Virus record (IMG/VR): IMGVR_UViG_3300009095_000014
Coordinates: 1-64,000 of that record
Reading direction: 5' to 3' (one strand)
Source of the DNA: a virus
Lineage: Duplodnaviria > Caudoviricetes
Length of the DNA: 64,000 bases
Position numbers and translations under genes: made by a program. The notes beneath the pieces were generated by a model. It ran no database searches. It was given only the letters and a program-made list of their open reading frames with translations, and was not told where the DNA came from. Within the stretch, counting starts at the first letter, position 1; every line of letters starts with the position of its first letter. Below, piece after piece: positions 28,570 through 39,017 of the stretch.

Positions 28570-30195
28570 GTGAATAAGAAAATGCTACCAACCACTCTCG
28601 GTCTGTTGCAATTGACCGATGACGTGGTGCGGTATATGAAGCCTGTGTCCAGTCTTGACATCTATGACGGGGCCACAAAGAACTTCCATGAGGAGGGTCT
28701 TTTCTCGGTGAGCATCTTCGGTCGTACCGGGACGGAACAGCGGGATCAGAACTTCTCGTATATCGATATCAAAGTGGCCATCTTGCATCCGAAGATCTAC
28801 TTGGACCTGGTACGCCTGAAGGGCCTTTACGGCGGCATCCTGAGCGGTCGGGAAACGGCCATCTGGGACCCGGCTCTGAAGGACTTTGTGTCAGACAGTA
28901 GTCCGAATGCCGGGACCGGCTATTCGTTCTTCATGCAGCACTTCAAGGACCTGTACTTCAAGCCCAACAAGAGCCCGGCGCGTCAACAGCGTATCGAACT
29001 GCTCAACCGATTCCGTAACCAAGCGACCACGTCGCGTATTGCGGTGATTCCTGCGGGTTTGCGTGACTTGGAAGTCGGTGCCGACGGTCGGGAGACCAAG
29101 GATGAGATCAATGACCTTTATTACCGGATGATCTCGATCAGCAACACCATCGCCCGTGGTCGGGACATGGAATCGTCGGTTTACGATATCTCTCGCTACC
29201 ACCTGACCATGACCATGGTGGAAATCTACAACCTGCTCAAGCGCATGCTCGAAGGCAAGAAGGGGATCATCCTCGACAAGTGGGCGGGGCGTAAGATCAC
29301 CCACGGAACGCGAAACGTAATTGCGGCGATGGACACCAGTGCTGATGTACTGGGTGCCCCGAATGCGCCAAGTTACGATTCGACGGTGGTGGGGTTGTTC
29401 CAATGTATCAAAGCGCTAACGCCGTTGACCATGCACTTCCTGAAGAATGGTTACATGGCTAACATCTTCGATAAGGGTGAGTCCAAGGTTCAGCTGATCA
29501 ATAAAAAGACACTGCGTCGTGAATTGGTAAGCATCTCCCCCTTGACCCGCGATCGCTGGACCACCAAGGAGGGATTGCTCTCGGTAATCAACGCCTTCGT
29601 GGATGAAGAGGCCAGGCATCGTCCGGTCACTGCGGAAGGCTATTACGTGGCGCTGGTCTATAAGGCCCCTGGGGTCTTTAAGGTGTTCTACGACATCGCC
29701 GACCTGCCCGATGGTTTCGACCGTCAATATGTGCACCCCATGACTTTGGCAGAGCTGCTTTACCTGTCCGGCTATCGCCGGTGGAACTCCTACTTCTGGT
29801 CGACCACCCGTTACCCGGTGGCCGGTGACGACTCGATCTATTCGTCGCGTATTTACCTGAAGACCACCACGGTGGGACAGATCCGCAAGGAACTGGGGGA
29901 TGACTGGCAGCCCTTGGGTGATGAGTACATTGCCTACGAGTATCCAGACAGCAACAGCAATGCCTGGGTCAATACGCAGAACCCTCACTCCAGTCGCCTG
30001 AAAGGCATGCAGGCCGACTTCGACGGTGACACCGGTTCGGGGACAGCCCTGATGACCGATGAGGCTTTGGAGGAAAACCGTCGGTACTTGGGCACCAAAC
30101 GTGCATGGGTATCGGCCGATGGCAAGATGCGTGCCAGTGCCAAATATGACACCGTAGAGCTGGTAGTCCACAACTTGACAAGACAGTTGGTTTAA
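28570..30195 (+). CDS. Virion RNA polymerase beta' subunit, catalytic part (phiKZ gp180-like)
   Basis: ADFDGD catalytic motif, FSVSIFG and PAGLRD motifs; start re-called at GTG 28570 (GGAG upstream), since the ORF-track start overlaps gp181. Confidence 0.93.
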   Translation: MNKKMLPTTLGLLQLTDDVVRYMKPVSSLDIYDGATKNFHEEGLFSVSIFGRTGTEQRDQNFSYIDIKVAILHPKIYLDLVRLKGLYGGILSGRETAIWDPALKDFVSDSSPNAGTGYSFFMQHFKDLYFKPNKSPARQQRIELLNRFRNQATTSRIAVIPAGLRDLEVGADGRETKDEINDLYYRMISISNTIARGRDMESSVYDISRYHLTMTMVEIYNLLKRMLEGKKGIILDKWAGRKITHGTRNVIAAMDTSADVLGAPNAPSYDSTVVGLFQCIKALTPLTMHFLKNGYMANIFDKGESKVQLINKKTLRRELVSISPLTRDRWTTKEGLLSVINAFVDEEARHRPVTAEGYYVALVYKAPGVFKVFYDIADLPDGFDRQYVHPMTLAELLYLSGYRRWNSYFWSTTRYPVAGDDSIYSSRIYLKTTTVGQIRKELGDDWQPLGDEYIAYEYPDSNSNAWVNTQNPHSSRLKGMQADFDGDTGSGTALMTDEALEENRRYLGTKRAWVSADGKMRASAKYDTVELVVHNLTRQLV

Positions 30196-30197
30196 CA

Positions 30198-33100
30198 ATG
30201 AAGATCATGCTCAAATACCCCCTCTACTTTCGCCGGTACGGCTTGCGTCTTCCGGCGCAGCTGATGACGCCGCGTGTCTTCCCGTTGACGACCCTAGGGC
30301 TGTCGCGGGAGTGCGTGCTACATTACCTGCCTGAAAGTGAAACCGAAGTGGGACCCAGTAGCGACCACCCGTTGCTGGCCTCGGCTACGCGCCTGATCTA
30401 TATCAGCCACGTAACCGAGCTGACCAGTCGCGTGGGCAACCCGCGCAAGAGCTTCGTGCAACCCGGTCCGATGATCGAGGGTTATCGCCGTAAGTACCGT
30501 AAGATCCGTCCGATGTTGAAATTGGAAATGGTGACCCGTGACGATCAAAACGTCCTGGTGGTCAACTACGGTCTGCTGCCGAAACTGAACAGGTACATCC
30601 GCAGTGCGTTCACGGGGTATTACTCGTGGTTGAACATGCGGGTGACGGTGGTTGACAAGATGATCGAGATGATTGCGAACACCAAGCGCAATCAGTACCT
30701 CTCGATGGTCCTGCCCGATCGCATGCCGTCGCTGCAACAGCTGCGTAAAGCGGAAGTCAATCGCACTCGGGAAACCCTCAAACCGTTCGCCACGCGCGAG
30801 GCGTTGGATTTCCTCGACCTGTGGACGTGGCTCGGCAAACACCGCGCGTCCAGCAGCCAGCTGGGTAAGCTCAGTAAGGAAGACCTGCAACACGTCAACC
30901 TGCTGGTGCGTCTGAAAGGGAAGTGGATGCTGATCAACCTTGGCGTCCTCGACAGCTGGCGTGCCGACCCCACGGACAAGAAGTCAAAGGGCATGGAACC
31001 GGCTTCGTTCCAGTTGCGTTTCTTGAAGATGATGGCAGTGGTCTACGACGCAGCCAACCTGGGTGAAGAGAAGGCGCCGGTCGAAGCGGCTGGTGACAAC
31101 ATGGAAACCCCGGTGGTCGATGAAGTTGAGGCCAGCAAGCAAGAAGAGCAAGACGACGATAACAGCGACGAGGACATCCGTAAGCAGCTCGATGAGCTGG
31201 ATGACAAGGGTGAAGTTCAGGAGATCGAAGACGAGCTGGCCGAACTGGACACGGTAGAAAAGGAAGAAAGCCTGTCCGAAGACATGTTCGACGAAGACGG
31301 TAACTACATTGGCACCCAAGTCATTGAACCGATGCCGCAAGCCGTGGGTTCGATCGGCATCCGTGACCGTCGACCGGAAGCGGCCATCATGCAGAAGGCC
31401 GATGAACTGCTCGACCGGGGACTGGTGTCTGCGGCGGAATACAAGCGCATGGAGAAGCTCTCTCGCGCGTACCGCGACATCCCCAACCCGTACGGACAGG
31501 ATGGCTTCTTGGTCGATGCCACGGTGATCACTGAAGACGAGATCAAGATCGAGAAGCGAGCACGTATCCCGGATCAGCCGCAGGTCTTGGACAAGTCGAT
31601 GCTGGAATCGACCGTAGAAGACTTGGACCGCAAGTACATCGAGACCACCCTGCCCAAGGACATCGTGGCATCGGTGCTGATGGTCCAGCAGGCGGGTATT
31701 GCGGTGACCGGGTACGATGTAGAACGGGTGAAGGACGCAGTCAGTGACTACGAAGTGCACCGGGTGCAATTGACCCCCGCAGTGGGTAAACAAAGCACCC
31801 TGACCTTCCGGGTTCCGAAGCTCCGTCCGAATGGCACCTACATGTCCAACGGCGTGACCTACCGGGCCCGCAAGCAGCGCGCTGACTTGCCGATCCGTAA
31901 AGTCTCCCCGGACCGGGTGGCACTGACCAGCTACTACTCGAAAGTGTTCGTCGACCGCTCGGAACGTTCGGTGTTCAACTACGCCCGCTGGCTGGGGAAT
32001 GCCGTAGTGGCCAAGGGACTCGATCCCGAGGACACGGTGATTACCGACCTGCGCGTGTCGAACGTGGCAGATGAACGGGTCAAGGTGCCGCCGGTGTACG
32101 CGATCCTGTCAGCACGGTGCAAGTCGCTGGTGTGCGAGGGATTCCAGTACTGGTTCGACTACAAGCATCGCTTTGAGCACGGTCCTTTTACCGAAGGTGA
32201 TCGCGCCTTGGAAAACCGGGGCATGGTCTTGGTGGCCAAGCGTGGTGAAGAAGTTCTGCTGATGGACCAGACCGATACCCTTTACCTGTCAACCGGGAAA
32301 GGCGATCTGTCGGTGCATGGCCGGGTCGAAGATGTCTTCGCCTTGGATGCCGGCAAAGCACCGATCGAGATGGCTGAAGTCAAGGTGTTCAGCAAGGTGA
32401 TCCCGGCGGGTGTGGTGCTGGCGTATCTGGTGGGCTTTGACAACCTGCTCAAGCGCCTGGCCGTCACTCCGCGTCGCGTCGTCAACGGGGAGCGGATGAA
32501 CCTCGCCTCGTTTGAGTTCGCCCTGCGCTTTTCGGATGAAAGCCTGATCTTCAATCGTGAAGACCCGGCCGTCAACCTGATTCTCGCCGGCTTCAACCTG
32601 TACCGCAACGTGCTGCGCAACTACAGTGTCTACACCTTCGACAAGAAGGATGTGTACCTGAACCTGATGGAGCAGAACGGTATCACCGTGCGCTACCTGC
32701 GTGAACTGGACCTGATGGACGCCATGTTCGTCGACCCGGTGACCAAGGGTATCCTCGAATGGATGAAGGAACCGACCGAGTTTACCCGGTTGATCCTGCG
32801 GGCCGTGGCGATGCTCTGTGACCGCCATGTTCCTCAGCACATCAAGCACCCGGACGGGGCGAAGTACTCGCTGGAACGCGCCAAGGGTTACGAGCGTTTT
32901 GCCGGTGCCGTTTACAGCGAACTGGTAAAGGCCATCCGCCTGTACAACGCACGGACGGTGACGGCTAAGGCCACGGTGTCGATGAACCCGCACGCGGTAT
33001 GGACCACCATCGTGCAGGACTCCTCGGCCTCGCCTATCGAAGAAGCCAACCCGATTCACAACCTGAAGGAAAAGGAAGTCATCACCTTTGGTGGTACCGG

Positions 33101-33349
33101 GGGTCGCAGCCGTCGGTCGATGGTAGCGGACACGCGTCTGTTCAAGGAAGAAGACATGGGCTTCATCTCTGAGGCCACCGTGGACTCCGGTGACGTGGCG
33201 ATCATTACCTACATGTCCCCCAATGCCAACTTGGTGAACACCCGTGGCGTGGTGCGCATGTACGACAAGGAACAGGACGGTACGTCCAGTTTGCTGTCGA
33301 CCGCTGCTCTGCTGGCACCGGGGGCGGATCGGGATGACCCGAAACGAGT
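30198..33349 (+). CDS. Virion RNA polymerase beta subunit (phiKZ gp178-like), exon 1
   Basis: Ends ...DRDDPKRV; KEVITFGGTGGRS, DSGDV beta motifs. Spliced with exon 2 gives 4263 nt = 1420 aa, similar to phiKZ gp178. Confidence 0.92.
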
Positions 33350-34710
33350 TAACATTAGCTCCCTTGCATCGTAAGGTGCATTGCAAACTTCCCTAAAACG
33401 GGGAACTCTTAATTCTGAACTGTAGTAAAGTAGTTTGACATCCTATGCATTAGTTATCGAGATGCTAGCGATGTTGGAACCAAAACCGATACCCGGATAT
33501 AGTCGTTACGGGATTACCGAAGACGGCCGATTGTTCAATTTGCAATCGGGCGAAGAACTTCGGACGAGCAAAAATGCCAGAGGCTACCATGTAACCATTC
33601 TCGTAAATGACAATGGTGAACGTAAAGGCGTAAAGCGCCATCGGTTACTCGCACTGGCTCATTTAGATCTTCCCGAAGGGGACTTGGATGACTTCGTTGT
33701 CAACCATAAAGACTTAATCCCCGGTAACGACACCAAAGACAATCTTGAGTGGTGTACCCAAAAGCACAATGTTGAACACTGGGTGAAGCTCGACGGAAAG
33801 CGCCGCAGCACCGCCCTTGAAACACTTGATGTAGCCGACGATACGGTCACTCGATACAATTCAATTGCCGAGTGTTCCAATGCACTTGGACTTGAACGGT
33901 ATTCTATCCAGCTTCGTCTGGATAGAGGTCCGCAGTATGTTTGGCCCGAAGGTTTTCGGTACCGCATCGGGCACAGTGACAGCCCTTGGCCACCAATTGA
34001 AAAGTTGGAATACGGTCGGTCTCGGGAAGTTCTGCTTAAAAGTCTACGTACCGGAAAAGTGTTTCTGTTCAATAAGCTCACAGACACCTTGCATCTTACG
34101 GGCTACAAGCTCGCGGCAATGTGGAAGTGGGCCAGTGATCCTGCACAGCCCGTAATTCCGGGCTTGTACCAGATTCAATTTGTCGATGGGTGTAAACCTT
34201 GGCGTGAAGTCGAGGATGTTTTCTTAGATCTGCAAGATGGCATGCGAAATAAGGTCGTCTTTAGGTTTGATGAAGACTGGAGCAATCCCATCTGGTACGA
34301 GTCCGCGAGAGTTTGCGCAGAGATCAATGGGTTGAAAACCACCGCTCTGAATTATCGGTTAAAATCGAGAGGTCAAGTAGTGTATAGTGACGGGAAACGG
34401 TACTGTTACTACGAAGACCTTTCTACAGATCAGAAAAAGACAATCCGTTACGAAATCCCTCCAGAGGGACGTGTTCAACGGCCATCGAACGCTACAGTTG
34501 CAGCAGATGCAACTCAATGACACCTGTGTAAAGTCAGGTGGTTGTCAGTTAGGCAATTAAAGCTAGTAGAGTAGGGTACCAAGCGGGCCCGAAACGGGAA
34601 GCTCCCGACCACGTAAAGGTGAGGGAGATGAGATGGTCTGACCCTTGGAGAAATCCAAGGCAGGTGTCTACGCACACCGGGTCGAGGGTAGCGCCTCGAC
34701 TGGACAAGTG
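33350..34710 (+). mobile_element. Group I intron (IA-like), 1361 nt, carrying a homing endonuclease
   Basis: P1 GAGU|UA pairs with UAGCUC (33356-33361) with U.G at the 5' splice site; P2 with GTAA loop; P3 CTTCCC 33388-93 / GGGAAG 34596-601; P4 AACGG 33397-401 / CCGTT 34445-49; P7 GGCCATC 34480-86 / GATGGTC 34632-38; P9 ccttgga-GAAA-tccaagg; terminal G 34710. Splicing restores R-V-N-F-I-N-I-Q-Q-S-H. Confidence 0.93.
33462..34520 (+). CDS. Intron-encoded HNH homing endonuclease (NUMOD4-HNH plus repeated DNA-binding modules)
   Basis: RYGITEDGRLFN (NUMOD4-like), KRHRLLALAH...VVNHKDLIPGNDTKDNLEWCTQKHN (HNH), C-terminal YNSIAECSNALGL / YESARVCAEINGL modules. Start uncertain (33435 TTG, 33462 or 33471 ATG). 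AT-richer than the flanking exons. Confidence 0.92.
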   Translation: MLAMLEPKPIPGYSRYGITEDGRLFNLQSGEELRTSKNARGYHVTILVNDNGERKGVKRHRLLALAHLDLPEGDLDDFVVNHKDLIPGNDTKDNLEWCTQKHNVEHWVKLDGKRRSTALETLDVADDTVTRYNSIAECSNALGLERYSIQLRLDRGPQYVWPEGFRYRIGHSDSPWPPIEKLEYGRSREVLLKSLRTGKVFLFNKLTDTLHLTGYKLAAMWKWASDPAQPVIPGLYQIQFVDGCKPWREVEDVFLDLQDGMRNKVVFRFDEDWSNPIWYESARVCAEINGLKTTALNYRLKSRGQVVYSDGKRYCYYEDLSTDQKKTIRYEIPPEGRVQRPSNATVAADATQ

Positions 34711-35821
34711 TAACTTCATCAACATCCAACAATCGCACGGTATCGCTGCCAAGGGCTATCAGGTCACCGGTCTGCGTACAGGTTACGAAGGGGTCTTGGC
34801 ACACCGGACCGATGACTTGTTTGCCTCCTCGGCACGGGCTAACGGTAAGGTGGTGGGACTGGATGAGAAGTCCATTCGCATCGAGTACGAAGACGGTAAA
34901 GTGGAGTCCATCGAACTGGGTCGCCGTTTTGGGACCTCGGGTGGTCTGACGCTGCCCCACAGCTTGGTCACGCAGTTCAAGCAGGGTGACGAGATCAAAC
35001 AGGGTGACATCGTGGCGTACAACGATGGCTTCTTTGCTCCGTCCTTCTTCAACCCGAAGCAGGTCAACTGGAAGGCCGGTGTCATGGCCACCACGGCGCT
35101 GATGGAAGCGGTGTACACCCTGGAAGACAGCTCGGCCATCACGGAAGAACTGGCCGCTGAACTCGGGACCACCACCACCAAAGTCAAGGTGGTGACCGTG
35201 GCGTTCAACCAAGCGGTGCGTGGATTAGTTAAGCCCGGTGATAAGGTAGATCTGGAATCCATCCTATGTACCATTGAGGATGAGGTTACTGCCCGTAACG
35301 ACCTCTTCGATGATCAGAGCTTGGATACGCTGCGGATGCTTTCGGCAATGACGCCGCGTGCCAAGTGCGTAGGGGTGGTGGAGAAGGTGGAAATCTTCTA
35401 CCACGGTGATACGGATGACATGAGCGACAGTCTGCGTGCCATCGCCCGTCAGGGTGACTTGGAACGTAAGAAGATGAGCGCGCGGATGGGTGAACCGGCC
35501 ATCACGGGTGCCGTCGATCAGTCCTTCCGTATCGAAGGGGACGGCTTGAACCAGAACCACATGGCGATTCGGATCTACATCAGCCACAACGTAGGGACTG
35601 GCGTGGGTGACAAGGCGGTCTTTGCCAACCAGATGAAGACAGTCTTTGGTCACATCCTCAAAGGGCCCCATGAAACGCAAACGGGTGTCAAGCTCGATGC
35701 GATCTTCGGCTTTAAGTCGGTGCAGGATCGTATCGTCTTGTCACCGATGTTGATCGGAACCACCAACACCCTGCTGCGGGTCATCGGTGAGAAGGCTGCG
35801 CAGATTTACTTCGAGAACTAA
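34711..35821 (+). CDS. Virion RNA polymerase beta subunit (gp178-like), exon 2
   Basis: Begins (T)AAC TTC ATC = NFINIQQSH; contains EDSSAI and GVGDKAVFANQMK beta motifs. The ORF-track N-terminus (34619-34710) is intron sequence. Confidence 0.92.
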
Positions 35822-35829
35822 ACCCCTTG

Positions 35830-35857
35830 AGGGACACCCGGTCGACCGGGTGTCCCT
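35830..35857. repeat. Perfect 28-bp palindrome after vRNAP beta
   Basis: agggacacccggtcgaccgggtgtccct equals its own reverse complement. Confidence 0.9.
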
Positions 35858-35875
35858 TTGCCGATGGAGTCTTCC

Positions 35876-36070
35876 ATGTCAAAGATGAATGAAATCGCCA
35901 CTGCGGTAACGCTGGCGAATGGCTGTGACCTCGTGGCTGAAGTGATCCAAGAGATTGCTGGCAACGAGATTTCCACTCACCTCAACGGTAGCGCGATTAC
36001 CCGTGACACCATCAACGGTCTTTCGATGGCTACCTTCAACCAAGAGCTGGAGACGCGTCATGCTGAATAA
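35876..36070 (+). CDS. Small hypothetical protein
   Basis: 64 aa from ATG 35876 (GGAG RBS); overlaps next start by 11 nt. Confidence 0.55.
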   Translation: MSKMNEIATAVTLANGCDLVAEVIQEIAGNEISTHLNGSAITRDTINGLSMATFNQELETRHAE

Positions 36071-37448
36071 CCGTACGCTGGTACAAGTCCTGCCGCTGGC
36101 GCAGAAGCTGGTGGCGGCCGGTAAGACTGTCACCGCTTTGGAAAATACCCCGCTGGCCCTGATCAACGATTGTGCCAGTGTCCACTCGCTGTTTGTCGAT
36201 GGCAAAACCATCGACGACTACAGTCACGAACAAATCTTCGAAACCCTGGTCAACTCCACCCGCTCCACCGGCGAAGACGGCATCAACGAACATGCTGCCC
36301 TGCGTCAGACCGTGGTGACCAATGCGGCGCGCGCCGTGAACCAAGCCATGAGCATGGCCCGCAACATGGTCGTGCCGGATATCAACCGCGTCCTGAAGAC
36401 CGTGCAGGAACTGACCGATGGTTTCGTCAGCACCCTGCTGGAACCGTTCGTAGTGGTATCCGAAGAACAGTCGCCACTGTTCACTGACCCGCTGCTGCTG
36501 GAACTGGTTGAGCGTTTCTCGGAAACACCGGCCCGTGCCGTGGTTGCCCGCAGTCTGCCGGCTATCGACGTTGAAACCGTCAAGACCAAGATCGCCACCG
36601 GTAGCCAGTCCTTCGACGATGCCGTGCTCGCTTTCCTAGGCGACGCCGGTCTGATGGCGGTAGCTGAAGCGTTCAGCGGTAACATGCATTTGGACAACCT
36701 GCGTCCCGAGTTCCACTTGGGTCTTCACCTCCTGGCCAAGGCCATGGTGGATGATCCGCTGGACGGGACCCCGATGGGTCTGACCGATTACAACTTCTAC
36801 CTGTCGCAGATCGTTGAGCAAACCGGTCGGACGGTGCTGCAAGTGATCGAACAGACCATGCGTCGTCGCAAGCTCGGTCTGCTCTACACCTCGCCCACCG
36901 TTGCCAACCAAGGCTTCCGTGAAATCCGTGTGGACAACGCGGTCTACGTGAAGATGCTCAAGGAAGGTCTGAGTCCCGAAGCGCTGTTCGGTAACGAACT
37001 GCTGGGCCGTCGGTACATGGCCACCCAGTTGCTCGAACACAAAGAGGAACTGGAGCTGACGTACGCGCGTGAAATGCGTCTGCGTCAAGCTCGCCACGGG
37101 GTGGAAGCGGCACAGCGCACGCGCGACTATGTGGTCTCGGCTATCACGCTGATGATCAACGAGCGTGAAGAAGACATGCTGCCCGCCCCGCGTAGCGAAC
37201 TGCACGTGCGACTGCACAAGTTCTTCTCGGGTATGGTGGAGCGTGACTTCGCACCTGAAAACCTGGCCGTGATTTGCCGCAATGCTGTGACTCATGTGTT
37301 CTACGCGCACACCCCTGCGCGTCGCATCCTCGAAATCATTGACAGTGTTGGCAAGCAGAACCCCGACATAGATCCTCGTGAAGCTGCGTTGATCGCAGCT
37401 GCGAAGTACGTGTCCCAGTGGGTGGCTGCGCTGATGAAAGTCAACTAA
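36060..37448 (+). CDS. Virion protein (phiKZ gp177-like by synteny)
   Basis: Start re-called at ATG 36060 (MLNNRTLVQ...); lies between gp178-like and gp176/gp175-like genes. Confidence 0.65.
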   Translation: MLNNRTLVQVLPLAQKLVAAGKTVTALENTPLALINDCASVHSLFVDGKTIDDYSHEQIFETLVNSTRSTGEDGINEHAALRQTVVTNAARAVNQAMSMARNMVVPDINRVLKTVQELTDGFVSTLLEPFVVVSEEQSPLFTDPLLLELVERFSETPARAVVARSLPAIDVETVKTKIATGSQSFDDAVLAFLGDAGLMAVAEAFSGNMHLDNLRPEFHLGLHLLAKAMVDDPLDGTPMGLTDYNFYLSQIVEQTGRTVLQVIEQTMRRRKLGLLYTSPTVANQGFREIRVDNAVYVKMLKEGLSPEALFGNELLGRRYMATQLLEHKEELELTYAREMRLRQARHGVEAAQRTRDYVVSAITLMINEREEDMLPAPRSELHVRLHKFFSGMVERDFAPENLAVICRNAVTHVFYAHTPARRILEIIDSVGKQNPDIDPREAALIAAAKYVSQWVAALMKVN

Positions 37449-37459
37449 TTCGACAGCGC

Positions 37460-37493
37460 CATAACCGGGAGGGTCAGCGCCCTCCCGGTTATG
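37460..37493. promoter_or_regulatory. CATA...TATG hairpin (terminator and/or late promoter)
   Basis: 14-bp perfect IR cataaccgggaggg / ccctcccggttatg; tandem junction; TATG 27 nt before the next start. Confidence 0.7.
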
Positions 37494-37516
37494 CGGTCAA
37501 CTAAAGGAAAACCACA

Positions 37517-38236
37517 ATGGCCAACGTCAAATACACCCGCGATGCTGCACGGGTTTACAAAGCCATCCAAGAGGTGGACAACCAACTGATTGCCGTGAAG
37601 ACAGTCAAGGTTCATATCCCGGCACGTTTCCCCGGTCGGGACTTGGCCCTCTTTGAAGAAGAGAGCATGTTCACGGGCATCTGTGCCTTTATCGTTGACG
37701 ATGCCTACGCCGTCTCGACCGTACCGGCCATGATGCGTACCGAACCGACCCTGACCAACACTGTCACCGTAGGCGACGAGGACTACCTCGAACTGACCTA
37801 CGAACCCGGTGCACGGATCGTTACCAACCTCAATCTGGTGAAGGTCGACAGTCTGTTGTACAAAATCTATGACGAGATCATCGCAAAAGGTCGGGTACCG
37901 TGGTACCTCGGATACGAAGACCTAGGTCGGATATTCGAGCATAGCGTGTATCACGCCGGGGAATCGGTAGGTCCCAACCCAGCGATCATGGAAATGATCG
38001 CCGCAGCCATTGTCCGTGATCCCGAGGATGTTAAGAAGTATTACCGGCAGACCATCCGGGGTTACGATGATTTGATTAGCCGTCCGCCGACGGTCATTCC
38101 GCTGCGGGCCGTCAGCTACGGTGCGACCAACGTCATTGCCAAACTCTCGGGTAGTCACTTTGAAGAAAACGTCACCAGTGCCCTTGTCTCCGCCGGTGAA
38201 CGGGTGGAGCGGGTCGAAGAACTCCTAAGGATGTAA
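37517..38236 (+). CDS. Conserved phiKZ-like protein (gp176-like by synteny)
   Basis: 239 aa, AAGGA RBS; GRVPWYLGYED motif; immediately precedes the protease. Confidence 0.65.
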   Translation: MANVKYTRDAARVYKAIQEVDNQLIAVKTVKVHIPARFPGRDLALFEEESMFTGICAFIVDDAYAVSTVPAMMRTEPTLTNTVTVGDEDYLELTYEPGARIVTNLNLVKVDSLLYKIYDEIIAKGRVPWYLGYEDLGRIFEHSVYHAGESVGPNPAIMEMIAAAIVRDPEDVKKYYRQTIRGYDDLISRPPTVIPLRAVSYGATNVIAKLSGSHFEENVTSALVSAGERVERVEELLRM

Positions 38237-38241
38237 CCTTC

Positions 38242-39012
38242 ATGCAACAGTCTATTACTTACAACTGTACGGCCTTGGTGGGTACCAACAAGGTTGGTGA
38301 ACTGACCAAAAGTGCCGATGGCTATTACGAGATGGTCCTCGGTGCGCTGCAAGCGTACAACAGTGCTGGGGCTTTCTATCCGCTGCAAGATGCCAAGGCG
38401 CTGTTCGAAAGCACGGCTCCGCTGATGCGGCGCATCGGCGCCGGCGCGCTGCGTGGTGAAGTCGGCCACCCTCGGTACCAAGAAGGCATGAGTGAACGGG
38501 CATGGTTCGCCCGTGTCAACGACATCTTCGAACCGAACTGCTGTGTACATTTTGCCAGCGTTTCCTTGTCCTATGACTCGATGAAGGACAAGAAGGGTCG
38601 GCCAGTGGTGGCCATGATCGGTAAGATCAAGCCGTCCGGTGCCAACGAACGCTTCCTCGAACGTCAGTTGGAAAATCCCAAGGAGAACGTGTGCTTCTCT
38701 ATCCGCTGCTTCACGCACGATACCCCGGAACGTGGGGTGATGATGAAGCGGATCAAGCACATCGTGACGTGGGACTATGTGAACGAACCCGGCATCGACA
38801 TCGCCAACAAGTACAGTGCCCCGGCACTGGAGTCCTATCAGGAAGCCAGCCTGGACGATTACCGCTTCGACCTCAGCACTGTGGCTGAAGTGGCCAAGGC
38901 CGACCAAGTCAACAACGTAGGCATGGAATCGGCCGCGTCCAACATCCTGCAAATGGTCGGCTACGTCGAACCGAAAATCCAAGTCTTTGTCCCCAAAAGT
39001 TTGCAATGGTGA
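38242..39012 (+). CDS. Prohead (head maturation) serine protease (phiKZ gp175-like)
   Basis: LRGEVGHP (His), CFSIR (Ser), TWDYVNEPG (Asp); C-terminal ALE and GME possible autocleavage sites. Confidence 0.9.
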   Translation: MQQSITYNCTALVGTNKVGELTKSADGYYEMVLGALQAYNSAGAFYPLQDAKALFESTAPLMRRIGAGALRGEVGHPRYQEGMSERAWFARVNDIFEPNCCVHFASVSLSYDSMKDKKGRPVVAMIGKIKPSGANERFLERQLENPKENVCFSIRCFTHDTPERGVMMKRIKHIVTWDYVNEPGIDIANKYSAPALESYQEASLDDYRFDLSTVAEVAKADQVNNVGMESAASNILQMVGYVEPKIQVFVPKSLQW

Positions 39013-39017
39013 ACCCC

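Noticed and set aside
33350-33374. Apparent stop of RNAP beta at 33374 suggesting a pseudogene or natural split
   Set aside because: The stop lies inside the intron; splicing restores a continuous 1420-aa frame.
34619-34710. ORF-track N-terminus of the 400-aa ORF (MREMRWSDP...) as an independent gene start
   Set aside because: This is intron P7-P9 sequence; the true frame begins at the 3' splice site 34711.
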